From positions 2,304,001 through 2,368,000 of the forward strand of contig OZ250169.1 of assembly GCA_965237955.1 (NCBI GenBank): a stretch of 64,000 nucleotides of DNA. The letters run 5' to 3'. This document shows, piece after piece, positions 35,929 through 50,838 of this stretch; the first letter of the stretch is position 1, and each line of letters opens with the position of its first letter. The stretch is from Candidatus Marinacidobacterales bacterium. Lineage in GTDB: Bacteria > Acidobacteriota > Vicinamibacteria > Marinacidobacterales > SMYC01. The notes under the pieces are model-generated. The model did not search any database and was not told the origin of the DNA. It saw nothing but the letters and a program-made list of their open reading frames with translations. The translations under genes were made by a program, and so were the position numbers.

Positions 35929-37770
35929 ATGTGTGGAATCATCGGCTACATCGGCGAGCGTCCCACGTCCGAGATGCTTCTCCAAGGACTGCGCTCGCTC
36001 GAGTACCGCGGCTACGACTCCGCCGGCATCGCCGTCGTTGGCGACGGCAAGCTCGAGCTTCTTCGCTCCGAAGGCAAGCTCGATAATCTCGCACGCCAGA
36101 TCGACCCCAAGACCTTGAACGGCTCCTACGGTCTCGGCCACACGCGCTGGGCGACCCATGGCCGTCCCAACGAAGAAAACGCGCACCCCCATCGTGACTG
36201 CACGGGAACCATCGTCGTCGTCCACAACGGGATCATCGAGAACTACCTCGAGCTCAAAGCGAAACTTGCCGAGCGAGGCCACGAGTTCGTCACCGAGACC
36301 GATACCGAGATCATCGCGCACACGATCGAAAAACACTTCGCCGGCGATCTCGCCCTGGCCGTCAGGCGCTCGCTCGAGGAATTCGAAGGCGTGTTCGCGT
36401 TCGTCGCCCTCGCCGCGAGCGAGCCTGACATTCTAATAGGCGCGCGCAACGGTCCGCCTCTCGTACTCGGGCTCGGCGACGACGAGTCGTTCATTGCATC
36501 GGACGTCCCAGCGTTTTTGAACCACACGCGCTCGGCGGTTTTTCTCGACGATGGCGACGTCGCCATCCTCAAACGCGGAGACGTTCAGGTGGTCGATATA
36601 AGCGGCAAGGTGCAAGAGCGCCCGGTGCAGCGGATCACGTGGGATCCCGTCCAAGTCGAAAAACAGGGCTTCAAGCATTTCATGCTCAAGGAGATCTTCG
36701 AGCAGCCCCGCGCGGTTCGCGATACGCTCCTCGGGCGCTACTCCCTCGACACCGGTCTCGTCCACTTGAACGAAGTGGCGCTCGCCGACGAGTTCATCGA
36801 GCGGTTGAGCCGGATCTCGATCGCGGCGTGCGGCACGAGCTGGCTCGCGGCACAGGTGGGAAAGTTCTACATCGAAGAGCTCGCGCGGATTCCCGTCGAC
36901 GTCGACGTCGCCTCCGAGTTCCGGTATCGAAACCCAATCTTGGATGAGGACCAGCTCGTCATTGGCATCACCCAGTCGGGCGAGACCGCGGACACCCTCG
37001 CCGCACTCAAGACCGCTAACGAGTCCGGGGCGACGACGCTCGCGATCTGTAACGTCACGGGCTCGATGGCGACGAGGATCTGCGATCACACGCTCTACAC
37101 CCACGCGGGCCCGGAGATCGGCGTCGCGGCGACGAAGACGTTCACGTCTCAGATCGTCTCGCTCTACCTCCTCGCGCTACAGCTTGCCGGCAAGCTCGGC
37201 CGACTGAGCGCCGACGATTCCCGCGAGCGGCTGGAAGAGCTCGCGCGTACGCCTCACCTGATGGAACAAGCGCTAGAGATGGCGCCGGCGATCATAGATG
37301 TCGCTCGCGAGTTCCACCTCGTCGGCAACTTTTTGTTCCTCGGGCGCGGCCACCTCTACCCGATTGCGCTCGAAGGCGCACTCAAATTGAAGGAGCTGTC
37401 GTACATTCACGCCGAGGGCTACCCCGCCGGTGAGATGAAGCACGGACCCATCGCGCTCATCGACGATCGTATGCCTCTGGTCGCGCTCGCGCTCGATAAC
37501 CCGCTGTTCGAGAAGATCGCCAACAACATTCACGAAGCCAAAGCGAGGGGAGCCCGGATCATCGCCGTGACCACGGAGGGTGACGATCGGCTCCTCCCGA
37601 TTCTCGACGATGACCGCGACAGCGTCATCCGGCTGCCGAAACACCCGGACGCCGTCTCGCCCATGGTGAGCGTCCTGCCGCTACAGCTTCTCGCCTACCA
37701 CATCGCCGTACGGCGTGGCTGCGACGTAGACCAGCCGCGCAACCTTGCGAAATCCGTTACCGTTGAGTAA
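35929..37770 (+). CDS. glmS: Glutamine--fructose-6-phosphate aminotransferase (isomerizing)
   Basis: MCGIIG, EYRGYDSAG, HTRWATHG, QSGETADT, C-terminal PRNLAKSVTVE. Confidence 0.97.
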   Translation: MCGIIGYIGERPTSEMLLQGLRSLEYRGYDSAGIAVVGDGKLELLRSEGKLDNLARQIDPKTLNGSYGLGHTRWATHGRPNEENAHPHRDCTGTIVVVHNGIIENYLELKAKLAERGHEFVTETDTEIIAHTIEKHFAGDLALAVRRSLEEFEGVFAFVALAASEPDILIGARNGPPLVLGLGDDESFIASDVPAFLNHTRSAVFLDDGDVAILKRGDVQVVDISGKVQERPVQRITWDPVQVEKQGFKHFMLKEIFEQPRAVRDTLLGRYSLDTGLVHLNEVALADEFIERLSRISIAACGTSWLAAQVGKFYIEELARIPVDVDVASEFRYRNPILDEDQLVIGITQSGETADTLAALKTANESGATTLAICNVTGSMATRICDHTLYTHAGPEIGVAATKTFTSQIVSLYLLALQLAGKLGRLSADDSRERLEELARTPHLMEQALEMAPAIIDVAREFHLVGNFLFLGRGHLYPIALEGALKLKELSYIHAEGYPAGEMKHGPIALIDDRMPLVALALDNPLFEKIANNIHEAKARGARIIAVTTEGDDRLLPILDDDRDSVIRLPKHPDAVSPMVSVLPLQLLAYHIAVRRGCDVDQPRNLAKSVTVE

Positions 37771-37847
37771 CGGCGGCGGGAATCAACGCAAAAAACATCA
37801 CCAAAATTGCGCATCGAGGCACCGAGGAAAGACTGTACACTGTGGCG

Positions 37848-39980
37848 ATGGCGCCACATTTTCTCCCACATTTTCTCGAAGACCTCAACGAGCAACAGCG
37901 CGAGGCCGTCACCGCGCCTGACGGTCCCCTTTTGGTGCTCGCCGGTGCCGGCTCGGGTAAAACCCGGGTCATCGTCTACCGGATGGCCTATCTCATCGAA
38001 GGTCGCGGGGTTTCCCCGGACACCCTCCTTGCGGTGACGTTCACCAACAAGGCCGCCGATGAAATGCGCAGCCGCGTGCGCGCGATCTTGAGTTCGGGGA
38101 AGGACGCCGCCGTCCATACCTTCCACGCCCTGTGCCTGCGGTTATTGCGACGCTTCGGTGAGGATATCGGACTCCGCTCGGGGTTTACGCTCTACGGGAA
38201 CGACGAACGCAAGAGCTTGCTGCGCCGCATCTGCCGCGACGAGGGTATCGCCGAGCGCGAGTTTCCTTTGTCGCGGATCGCGTCGAGCGTGTCCGTTCAC
38301 AAGTTGCGCACGTTCGCCGGAGGCGGCGGAGGCGGCGGCGGCGACAGCCGCTTCCAGCACCTCCTCAAGGCAGTCGCCCTCCGATACCAGAAAGAGCTCG
38401 ACGCCCAGGGCGCGGTCGATTTCGATGACCTGTTGTTGCGGGCGGTCGAGCTCATGGAATGCTCCGAACGAGCGCAATCGTTTGCCGAGCGCAGGTTCCA
38501 ACACGTGCTCGTCGACGAGTACCAAGACACCAATCGCATCCAATATCGATTGCTGCGGCTTTTGGCGCCCCACAAGAACATCTTCGTCGTCGGTGATGAC
38601 GACCAGTCGATCTACAACTTCCGCGGCGCCGACATGCGTAACATCCTCGACTTCGAGACCGACTTCCCGAACGCGACCACCACCAAGCTCGAGGTCAACT
38701 ATCGCTCCTCGGGTGCGATCCTGCGCGCGGCCACCGCCGTGATCGAGAATAATCGCTCGCGGAAAGGTAAGCGCCTCATCGCGAGCCACGACGAAGGTCA
38801 GCCACCCGAGCTCTATGGCGCGGTCGATGATCGCGCCGAGGCGGCGCACGTCGCCCGGCGCCTCGACGAGCTTCGCAAACAAAACGATTCCGAAGACGCG
38901 GCCATCTTGTTACGCACACACGCGCAAACACGGGTCTTCGAGGAAGAGCTTCTCGCGCGCGGCATCCCACATCGCGTGCTCGGTGGGTTGCGCTTCTACG
39001 ATCGCAAAGAGATCAAGGACGCGCTCGGCTACGCCCGGCTCGTTCTGAACCGCCACGACGACGCGAGCTTTCTCCGAGTCGCGAACATGCCCATCCGCGG
39101 CGTCGGCAAGGCGAGCATCGCTATCGTCCAACAGGCCGCGGAACAGGCGGGCTCTTCTCTATGGGACGCATCGCTCCACGCGCTTCAGGCCCTGCCCGGC
39201 GACCTTTTGCTCGGACGAGCCCGCGTGGGGCTCGCCCAGTTTCGCGAGGTCGTCGACAAGCTCGCCGCGGCGTCTCGAGACGAGACGCCCTCCCGCGTCC
39301 TCCGCAGAATGTTCTCCGAGACCGGACTCGTGAAGGAATTCGAGCGTGAAGGCGAAGCGGCCGCGCGCGAGCGCAAGGAGAACTTAGACCAGCTCGTCGC
39401 CGCGGCGACAGAGTACGAGGCAGGGCCTTCCCCGACGCTCGCGGGTTTTCTCGACAGCGTCAGCCTCCTCACAGACATCGATACCGTCGGATCCACACCT
39501 TGTCTTCTCATGACACTCCATGCGGCCAAGGGACTCGAGTTCGACACCGTGTTCCTTGCGGGCCTGGAAGAGGGCCTGTTCCCGCACATTCGCGCGAGCG
39601 GCGACGTGAAAGGGCTCGAAGAGGAGCGGCGCCTCTTCTATGTAGGGATGACGCGCGCGAAACGACGCTTGCATCTCTCCTTCGCTATGTCCCGCCGGTT
39701 CTCCTATCAGACGAGTGCGCGGCGGCCGTCGCGCTTTCTAACGGAAATTCCCGACGCCGACCTCGTGGCAACGTCGGGCACGCGAACCCAAACCGTCGAT
39801 CGCTCTGGGGATGCGGGACCTCTTCGGAGGGGGGCGGTCGTCCACCATGCCAAGTTCGGTGAAGGCAAAGTGCTCGACGCCTCGGGAAGTGGCCCCGACC
39901 GCCGCGTGACGGTGTTGTTCCACAAAGCCGGCAGGAAACGCCTCGTCGCCCAATACGCGAAACTTCAAGTCGTGGGTTAG
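37848..39980 (+). CDS. uvrD: UvrD/PcrA superfamily-1 DNA helicase
   Basis: AGAGSGKT, TFTNKAA, VDEYQD, GDDDQSIY, NYRS, HAAKGLEF, EERRLFYVGMTRA, C-terminal Tudor-like domain. Confidence 0.92.
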   Translation: MAPHFLPHFLEDLNEQQREAVTAPDGPLLVLAGAGSGKTRVIVYRMAYLIEGRGVSPDTLLAVTFTNKAADEMRSRVRAILSSGKDAAVHTFHALCLRLLRRFGEDIGLRSGFTLYGNDERKSLLRRICRDEGIAEREFPLSRIASSVSVHKLRTFAGGGGGGGGDSRFQHLLKAVALRYQKELDAQGAVDFDDLLLRAVELMECSERAQSFAERRFQHVLVDEYQDTNRIQYRLLRLLAPHKNIFVVGDDDQSIYNFRGADMRNILDFETDFPNATTTKLEVNYRSSGAILRAATAVIENNRSRKGKRLIASHDEGQPPELYGAVDDRAEAAHVARRLDELRKQNDSEDAAILLRTHAQTRVFEEELLARGIPHRVLGGLRFYDRKEIKDALGYARLVLNRHDDASFLRVANMPIRGVGKASIAIVQQAAEQAGSSLWDASLHALQALPGDLLLGRARVGLAQFREVVDKLAAASRDETPSRVLRRMFSETGLVKEFEREGEAAARERKENLDQLVAAATEYEAGPSPTLAGFLDSVSLLTDIDTVGSTPCLLMTLHAAKGLEFDTVFLAGLEEGLFPHIRASGDVKGLEEERRLFYVGMTRAKRRLHLSFAMSRRFSYQTSARRPSRFLTEIPDADLVATSGTRTQTVDRSGDAGPLRRGAVVHHAKFGEGKVLDASGSGPDRRVTVLFHKAGRKRLVAQYAKLQVVG

Positions 39981-40657
39981 TAGGCTTTCGCGACTTCGGT
40001 AATAATCCGACGCGCAGGCACTAACGCATCAAACTGATTCTTCAGCTCGTACTGCGTCAACGTGATGATGTAGTGCCCATCACCCGCGGCCGTCGTCACC
40101 CGGACCCGAGCATCTTTTCGTAGCGCCACTCCGGTCAAGTACTCGGGACTCGACTCGCGCTGGAGCGATTTGTTCACCTGTCGGATCTCCCGCTCGAGCG
40201 CGATCTCAGCTTCGTGGAGCTTGCTGACAACCTGGCGGCGCTCGAGGCGAAAGACTTCCCACTGGTCCTGAAGCTCACCGTTTCGTCCGGGGAAGTGGTA
40301 ATCGGGCTCCTCGCTGACGCGCGCACGGATGCGTCTCAAAGTCTCGTAGTTCTCTCGCCGGAACTCGCCGAACACCTTGAACTGAGCGTCTCGCTCATCC
40401 TCGGCCGTCTCCACGATCTGCCGAAGCTCGGGGACGAGATAAGGATCGCGGCGCTCGTCGCTTATCTCGAGAATGTTCCAAGATTCCACATCCTCGGGAA
40501 AAGCGACCATGGAGAGCGCGGCGACGGTTTCGTTGTCTCCCCGCTGGCTCGCCTCCAAGTACCGATCGAGCACCTCCTGCTCAGGTCCGGCGCAGCCGAC
40601 GCTCAACCAAACCGGGACCACCGCGAAAACGATGAGTCGCGACCCGTCCATGTCCAT
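39977..40657 (-). CDS. Hypothetical lipoprotein with coiled-coil segment
   Basis: Lipobox-like LSVGC after a hydrophobic stretch; ATG 40657. Confidence 0.6.
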   Translation of the reverse strand: MDMDGSRLIVFAVVPVWLSVGCAGPEQEVLDRYLEASQRGDNETVAALSMVAFPEDVESWNILEISDERRDPYLVPELRQIVETAEDERDAQFKVFGEFRRENYETLRRIRARVSEEPDYHFPGRNGELQDQWEVFRLERRQVVSKLHEAEIALEREIRQVNKSLQRESSPEYLTGVALRKDARVRVTTAAGDGHYIITLTQYELKNQFDALVPARRIITEVAKAY

Positions 40658-40685
40658 GAAACCTCCAAGCTCGCACCCAGGCTCA

Positions 40686-41552
40686 CTATCTCGGTGGCCC
40701 TCTCCGGCGACCCGCACCCCATCTTATTTTTTTCTGCAGCTTTTGCAACAGCGCCTCCTCGTCTTCGCCGTCGAGCGATTGGTGCTGCAGCTCGGTCGCG
40801 TGCAAGCGCGCCTCGAGCTCGACCACGTCCGCGGAGTCCGGAAACGCACCTCCCGCGACCGACACGCGCTCGCGCGCGGCAGCGAATCGGCCGAGGCTCA
40901 TCAAAACTTCGACTTCGCGGAGCATGGCCTCATGACGATAGTCCTCGTCGCTGGTGCGCTCCTCCAACTCCCGCAGGAGGCGCAGCGATTCGTCGGCGGA
41001 GCCACCGAGCCACTCGAGGTTCGCGAGACGCATGTACGCGCTGTCGGTGTCGCGGCGGTAGGGAAGCCCGAGCGCGAGACGGTATGCGTTCGCCGACGCG
41101 TCGAACTCACCCATGCGATAGTGGCAATGCGCGATCTCGAGCAAGGTTTGACGGCGGACGTTCTCGTCGAGATCCTCGGCAAGAAGCGCACGGTACAACT
41201 TCACCGCCCTCTGAGGCTCTTGGAGGTCCTCCTCGTACAGCCGTGCAAGCAACCGCTGCGCCTCGATATCGACGCTCGAGTCCGGATAATCGTCTAGCAT
41301 CTTGACGAGGATGTCTTTGGCGGCGTCGACGTCGCGGAGCCGAAGGTAATAGATTTGTGCGAGCTCGTAGTGCGCCTCGGCCGCGAGCTGGCTGTCAGGG
41401 GCCTGGATGGTGATCTCCAGGTAGAGGCGCGCCGCGGCCTCGTAGTTATCCGCTTCCATCGCCCGCCGCGCCTCGGAAAATAGGCTATTCGAGCGATCGC
41501 TACAGGCCGCGAGCGCGAGCCATGCGATTGTCACGAGCACCACTTTGGGCAT
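40686..41552 (-). CDS. TPR-repeat lipoprotein (BamD/YbgF-like repeats)
   Basis: Lipobox LAAC; repeated A.Y.LA..Y and YPDS/FPDS motifs. Confidence 0.7.
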   Translation of the reverse strand: MPKVVLVTIAWLALAACSDRSNSLFSEARRAMEADNYEAAARLYLEITIQAPDSQLAAEAHYELAQIYYLRLRDVDAAKDILVKMLDDYPDSSVDIEAQRLLARLYEEDLQEPQRAVKLYRALLAEDLDENVRRQTLLEIAHCHYRMGEFDASANAYRLALGLPYRRDTDSAYMRLANLEWLGGSADESLRLLRELEERTSDEDYRHEAMLREVEVLMSLGRFAAARERVSVAGGAFPDSADVVELEARLHATELQHQSLDGEDEEALLQKLQKKIRWGAGRRRGPPR

Positions 41553-41638
41553 AGGTTGTTCGATTTGGCCGGCGCGGATTGAGGGTATCTGTAGAACCCC
41601 CCATGAGGTCGAGTGTAGCGTAGGCGAGCCGGCAAAGG

Positions 41639-44089
<2,451 letters not shown>

Positions 44090-44154
44090 GTTTGTCTCCG
44101 TGATTTCTTACGTTCGCCGCGGGTGGCCGCTGACTCTTATGCCAGACGCACTCA

Positions 44155-44400
44155 CAGGGCGCTGATCAACAACCGCGCGCCCTGCGCGAGCGCCTCGTGC
44201 AGCGAGCCCGTCGAGCGGAGCGCTAGCTCGTTCGGAGAACGGGCGCGTTGGCAAGAAAGACGCGAGCCCCGGCCCGCCGCCGTCCGCAGCGAGCCTGCGA
44301 GCGAAGGACGGGGCGCGAACGAAGAGCGCGCGCCCACTGATGAATGGGCCGACGAGAGCCCCGGCGAGTGAGCGAAGAGCTCGGCATAACGAGCATTGAG
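44155..44400. repeat. Structured intergenic repeat (MITE/REP-like), copy 1
   Basis: 44304-44397 aligns ungapped to 62101-62194 (79/94 identical by manual count); both copies begin CAGGGCGCTGA. Confidence 0.8.
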
Positions 44401-44402
44401 CA

Positions 44403-46913
<2,511 letters not shown>

Positions 46914-46955
46914 CTAGCCGAAAACGCCGGCGTCTAACTCGTCGTTGAACGTCGT

Positions 46956-48068
46956 CTAGAGCCTCATCGGCATGACGACATAGCGGTAGTCTTTTCCTTC
47001 ATCGTCTCCGGCCGGCCGGAGCAGGCCCTGCGACGAATCGTCCTTGAGCTCGAAGCTAACTTCCGCTGCATCGGAGGCATTCAGAAAGTCGAGCAAGTAC
47101 TGACCGTTGAACCCAATCTCGATGGCTTCTCCCTCGTAGCCCGCGTCGATGGCCTCCCGGGCTTCTCCGAGCTCCGGGCTCTGTGACGACACTTCGACGC
47201 GCCCGGACTCGATCCCGAAGCGCACTGCACGCGAACGCTCGTTGGAGAGCAACGATACACGGCGGATGGCGCCTGAAAGATCATCGCGGGCACACGTCAC
47301 TGTCTTGTCGTTCCCTTCGGGAATGACTTTGTCGTACGCCGGGAACTGATCGTCGACTCGTTTCGATACCAGAAGGCGTTCGCCGAGGCGAAAGAAAAGG
47401 TGATTTTCTCCCTGCGCGAAATCCACGGGCTTCTCCTCATCACCGAGAATTTTGAGGAGCTCAAGAAGCGTTTTCTTCGGAACAATGACGCTCGCGTTGC
47501 CGCCGCCGGCGCCGTTGTCACGCTTCAGAGCAATGTAGGCAAGCCGGTGCCCATCGGTCGCCACCATCCGCAGATCGTCGTCGGTGAACTCAAGCCTCGC
47601 GCCGTTGAGAAAGTAACGATTGTCGTCGGAGGTAATCGCGAAGCTCGTCTTGTTTATGAGCTCACGGAGTGCAGCTCCTGGAATCGTCGTAAACCCGTCC
47701 TCCGGAGGTTCTGCAAAGGACGGAAACTCGGCCTTCCCAAGACCCACCATCTTAAAGAAAGACCGTCCGCTCTCGATGGACGCCCAGCTGTTCTCGAGCT
47801 CCTTAACTCGAATGTCGCTGTCGTTGACGGCACGCACTATCTCGTACAGCTTCTTCGCTGATAGGGTCAGGGCGCCGGGCTCACCTATTGTGGCCGCGAG
47901 GCGGCAATGGAGACCAACGTCGAGGTCGGTGGCGGCGAGCTCTATGGTTTTATCGGTGGCCTCCATGAGTACGTTCGCTAGAATCGGGATCGTGTTTTTT
48001 CTCTCGACTATTCCCTGAATCAGAGCCAACTCGCGAAGTAGCTCGTCCTTCTTAGCTATGAACTCCAT
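46956..48068 (-). CDS. dnaN: DNA polymerase III subunit beta (sliding clamp)
   Basis: KNTIPILAN, ATDGHRL, FNGQYLLD, VVMPMRL. Confidence 0.97.
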   Translation of the reverse strand: MEFIAKKDELLRELALIQGIVERKNTIPILANVLMEATDKTIELAATDLDVGLHCRLAATIGEPGALTLSAKKLYEIVRAVNDSDIRVKELENSWASIESGRSFFKMVGLGKAEFPSFAEPPEDGFTTIPGAALRELINKTSFAITSDDNRYFLNGARLEFTDDDLRMVATDGHRLAYIALKRDNGAGGGNASVIVPKKTLLELLKILGDEEKPVDFAQGENHLFFRLGERLLVSKRVDDQFPAYDKVIPEGNDKTVTCARDDLSGAIRRVSLLSNERSRAVRFGIESGRVEVSSQSPELGEAREAIDAGYEGEAIEIGFNGQYLLDFLNASDAAEVSFELKDDSSQGLLRPAGDDEGKDYRYVVMPMRL

Positions 48069-48328
48069 CTAATGATCTTTCCTTATATAGAACAAGGTTC
48101 TATATAGTAATTATATCAATAAGGTGCTGTTAATAAAAATATTTTTTGTATTTAAAGGACTGAGTGTAAACGGTTTATAATTAACATTCGTTGTGGATAA
48201 GGCGGTGGACCGGACGTGCGGATCTGTCGAACAAAAAGGGGTATAGGTGGGATGCACGGACGTCCACAGTTGGGTCCACAGGGATTTAGAAAGGATCTGT
48301 GGAAGGTTGGGTGTTACGCGTTCTCGCT
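48069..48328. other. oriC, unwinding part (dnaA-dnaN intergenic)
   Basis: Very AT-rich 48070-48190 in a GC-rich genome; perfect DnaA box TGTGGATAA at 48192-48200 plus degenerate TCCACAG/CTGTGGA boxes; gene orientation switches across this region. Confidence 0.88.
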
Positions 48329-49702
48329 TCATCGGAACGAATCGAGGAAGTCCTGGATGACCTTGTCGAACTCTGGGTCGGTCTGCCGGAGCGTCTTGAT
48401 CTTGCGGACGGAGTGGATGACCGTGGAGTGGTGCTTGCCGCCGAAGGCTTTACCGATGTCCGGAAGGCTCGCTTTTGTGAGCGACTTACCCATATACATG
48501 GCGATCTGTCGCGGCAAGGCGACGGACTGCGCGTTGTTCCGAGCTTTCAAGTCCGCGACTTTGAGGCGGTAGTGGTCGGCGACGAACTTCTGTATCGAGT
48601 CGAGGTTGATTAGTTTGTCCTCGCTCGGCAAAAGGTCGCGGAGTACCTCCTGGGCGAGGGCGATGTCGATGGCGCGCCCGGTGAGTGACGCATATGCAAT
48701 CAAGCGGATGAGAGAGCCTTCGAGTTCGCGAATATTGGACTTTATGCGGGAAGCGATGAAAATTGCGACGTTGTCGGGTAAAGAGCACGCCTCGGCGTCG
48801 GCTTTTTTCCGGAGAATGGCTATTTTGGTCTCGAGGTCGGGGGCTTGGATATCAGCGGTAAGTCCCCACTCGAAACGAGAACGCAAGCGCTCTTCGAGCG
48901 TAGGTATTTGTCGCGGTAGAGCGTCGCACGAGAGGACAATTTGTTTCTGGGAATCGTAGAGAGCGTTGAACGTGTGGAAGAACTCCTCCTGGGTTCTTTC
49001 TTTGCCCGCGATGAACTGGATGTCGTCGACGAGGAGAACGTCGAAGGAGCGATGTTTGTCGCGGAAGTCGAGAATGCGGTCGTAACGGATCGCATTGATG
49101 AGATCGTTCATGAACTTTTCGGCGGAGATATATACGAGCTTCGACGACGGCGCTTGCTCCAAGATCTGGTGCCCGATGGCATGCAGAAGATGGGTCTTGC
49201 CGAGGCCTACACCGCCATAGATGAAGAGCGGGTTGTAGGCGCGTGAAGGAGCTTCGGCGACAGCACGGGCGGCAGCGTGGGCAAACTGGTTACTGGTGCC
49301 GACGACGTAACTATCGAAGCGGTATTTCGGATTGAGTGTCGGCGGGGTGTGGACGTCGTGGGCCGAGCGCCGAGAACCCTCGTCCGTCTGAGTGCGCAAC
49401 GAGCCCATGGGAGACGGATCGGATGCCGGCGTCTGGTTAACCCCGTTAATAGGAGCACCGTCGCGAGGCGCGTCCGTCTCGAAGACGACTTCGAGGTCGG
49501 GCCGGTGAAGCTCGTCGAGCGACTCGTGGATGATGCCGGAGTAGTGTTTGTTGAGCCAGTCTCGAAACTGAGCGTTGGGTACGAGGACGCCGACCGTGTT
49601 CCCGGCCTCGAACAGCAGCCGGGTGGGCCGAAACCAGGTATTAAAGCTATGCCGGTTGACCTTGGATTCGACCTTCTGAAGGATTTCTTCCCAGAGATTC
49701 AT
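48329..49702 (-). CDS. dnaA: Chromosomal replication initiator DnaA
   Basis: YNPLFIYGGVGLGKTHL, DDIQF, QEEFFHTFN, RLRSRFEWGL, HHSTVIHS. Confidence 0.98.
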   Translation of the reverse strand: MNLWEEILQKVESKVNRHSFNTWFRPTRLLFEAGNTVGVLVPNAQFRDWLNKHYSGIIHESLDELHRPDLEVVFETDAPRDGAPINGVNQTPASDPSPMGSLRTQTDEGSRRSAHDVHTPPTLNPKYRFDSYVVGTSNQFAHAAARAVAEAPSRAYNPLFIYGGVGLGKTHLLHAIGHQILEQAPSSKLVYISAEKFMNDLINAIRYDRILDFRDKHRSFDVLLVDDIQFIAGKERTQEEFFHTFNALYDSQKQIVLSCDALPRQIPTLEERLRSRFEWGLTADIQAPDLETKIAILRKKADAEACSLPDNVAIFIASRIKSNIRELEGSLIRLIAYASLTGRAIDIALAQEVLRDLLPSEDKLINLDSIQKFVADHYRLKVADLKARNNAQSVALPRQIAMYMGKSLTKASLPDIGKAFGGKHHSTVIHSVRKIKTLRQTDPEFDKVIQDFLDSFR

Positions 49703-49850
49703 GTTCTATATTATTGATAAAAAAAGGGTTATATACACAAAACATGATGTTTGGGGCACCACCGCAGAGCTCCGGAAGGGGGGAGTTACCCACAGGTTTT
49801 TCAACAAATGTGGAAAAAAAGCCATACGAGGGACCCCATCCCCGTTGGAA
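49703..49850. promoter_or_regulatory. DnaA-box cluster upstream of dnaA (second part of a bipartite oriC or autoregulation)
   Basis: ATATACACA 49731-49739, TTACCCACA 49786-49794, TGTGGAAAA 49809-49817. Confidence 0.7.
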
Positions 49851-49957
49851 AAATGTTCCCGTGTTTGTCAACCGGACAGGGGACGTACACTAGCATACGG
49901 TCGGATTGGGGAACAAGAAAAAAGATCCCCGCCGGTTTTTTTGGGGAGAGCACAACG

Positions 49958-49986
49958 TTGACAGCGGTTTCGCCGTGCTGTAAAAT
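49958..49986 (+). promoter_or_regulatory. Sigma70 promoter of the rpmH operon
   Basis: TTGACA-17-TAAAAT. Confidence 0.8.
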
Positions 49987-50076
49987 GTTGAGTTTCGTTC
50001 TGGCGCTGAGGAAACTGGAATCTCTCTCGCGAGCGAACGCATTGGTGCGACTGAGGAAAGCCAAAGAGTCAGAAAT

Positions 50077-50211
50077 ATGAAGAGAACGTTTCAACCGAAT
50101 CGGCGCCGGCGCAAAAAGACGCACGGGTTCCGCATCCGCATGCGATCCAAAGCCGGAAGGGCCGTCTTGGCGCGTCGTCGGCGTAAAGGGCGTCACCGAC
50201 TCGCTGTGTGA
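50077..50211 (+). CDS. rpmH: 50S ribosomal protein L34
   Basis: Below the ORF-track cutoff; manual translation [44 protein letters not shown]. Confidence 0.97.
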   Translation: MKRTFQPNRRRRKKTHGFRIRMRSKAGRAVLARRRRKGRHRLAV

Positions 50212-50573
50212 CGACGACCCGCCGCAGCCAACACTTCTTGCCGGGTGAGCGACTCCGCCACGGGAAAGACTTTCGAAAGGCGTATCAAGAAGGACAGCGC
50301 TTGGTCTGTCGTTTCTTTGTAGCCTTCGTCGTCCCAAGAGGTGCCGGGCCACTACGCTTGGGTGTGGTGGCGAGTCGACGCGTCGGCGGAGCGGTAGCGC
50401 GTAACCGCGCAAAGCGGTTGTTGCGAGAAGTCTTCCGCCTAAGGAGGCCACGCCGGGAGGTATCGGCGGACGTCGTGTTGGTGGCTCGCGGACCGATTGC
50501 GAAAGCGCGCTACCAGGATGTGGAAACGGCGTACGTGCGAAACGTAGGAAAGTTGCTTGAGAAAGGTGCTTGA
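50208..50573 (+). CDS. rnpA: Ribonuclease P protein component
   Basis: [25 protein letters not shown] (RNR motif); synteny. Confidence 0.93.
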   Translation: MTTTRRSQHFLPGERLRHGKDFRKAYQEGQRLVCRFFVAFVVPRGAGPLRLGVVASRRVGGAVARNRAKRLLREVFRLRRPRREVSADVVLVARGPIAKARYQDVETAYVRNVGKLLEKGA

Positions 50574-50824
50574 GAAAATTCCTTGAGTTCGTCGCCTTTA
50601 TTGATGGCGTTGTGTTGAGCGCGCTCATGCGCTTCGCGATCCGGGCGTATCAACTCAGCGTCGGCATCTTGTTGCGAGGCGCGTGCCGGTTCGAGCCGCC
50701 GTGCTCGCGCTATTCGGACGAAGCGATCCGCCGCCACGGCGCAATGCGAGGACTCTGGCTCACGGTGAGTCGGATTGCCCGATGCCACCCGTTCCACCCC
50801 GGCGGCGTCGATCCGGTGCCATAG
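50570..50824 (+). CDS. yidD: Membrane protein insertion efficiency factor YidD
   Basis: CRFEPPCSRY, RCHPFHPGGVDPVP. Confidence 0.93.
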   Translation: MRKFLEFVAFIDGVVLSALMRFAIRAYQLSVGILLRGACRFEPPCSRYSDEAIRRHGAMRGLWLTVSRIARCHPFHPGGVDPVP

Positions 50825-50838
50825 AGAGACGTCGCGAC

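Noticed and set aside
44337-44375. CTGATGA hammerhead-like core in the gyrB-gyrA repeat
   Set aside because: No GAAA after a stem II, and the second copy has TTGATGA.
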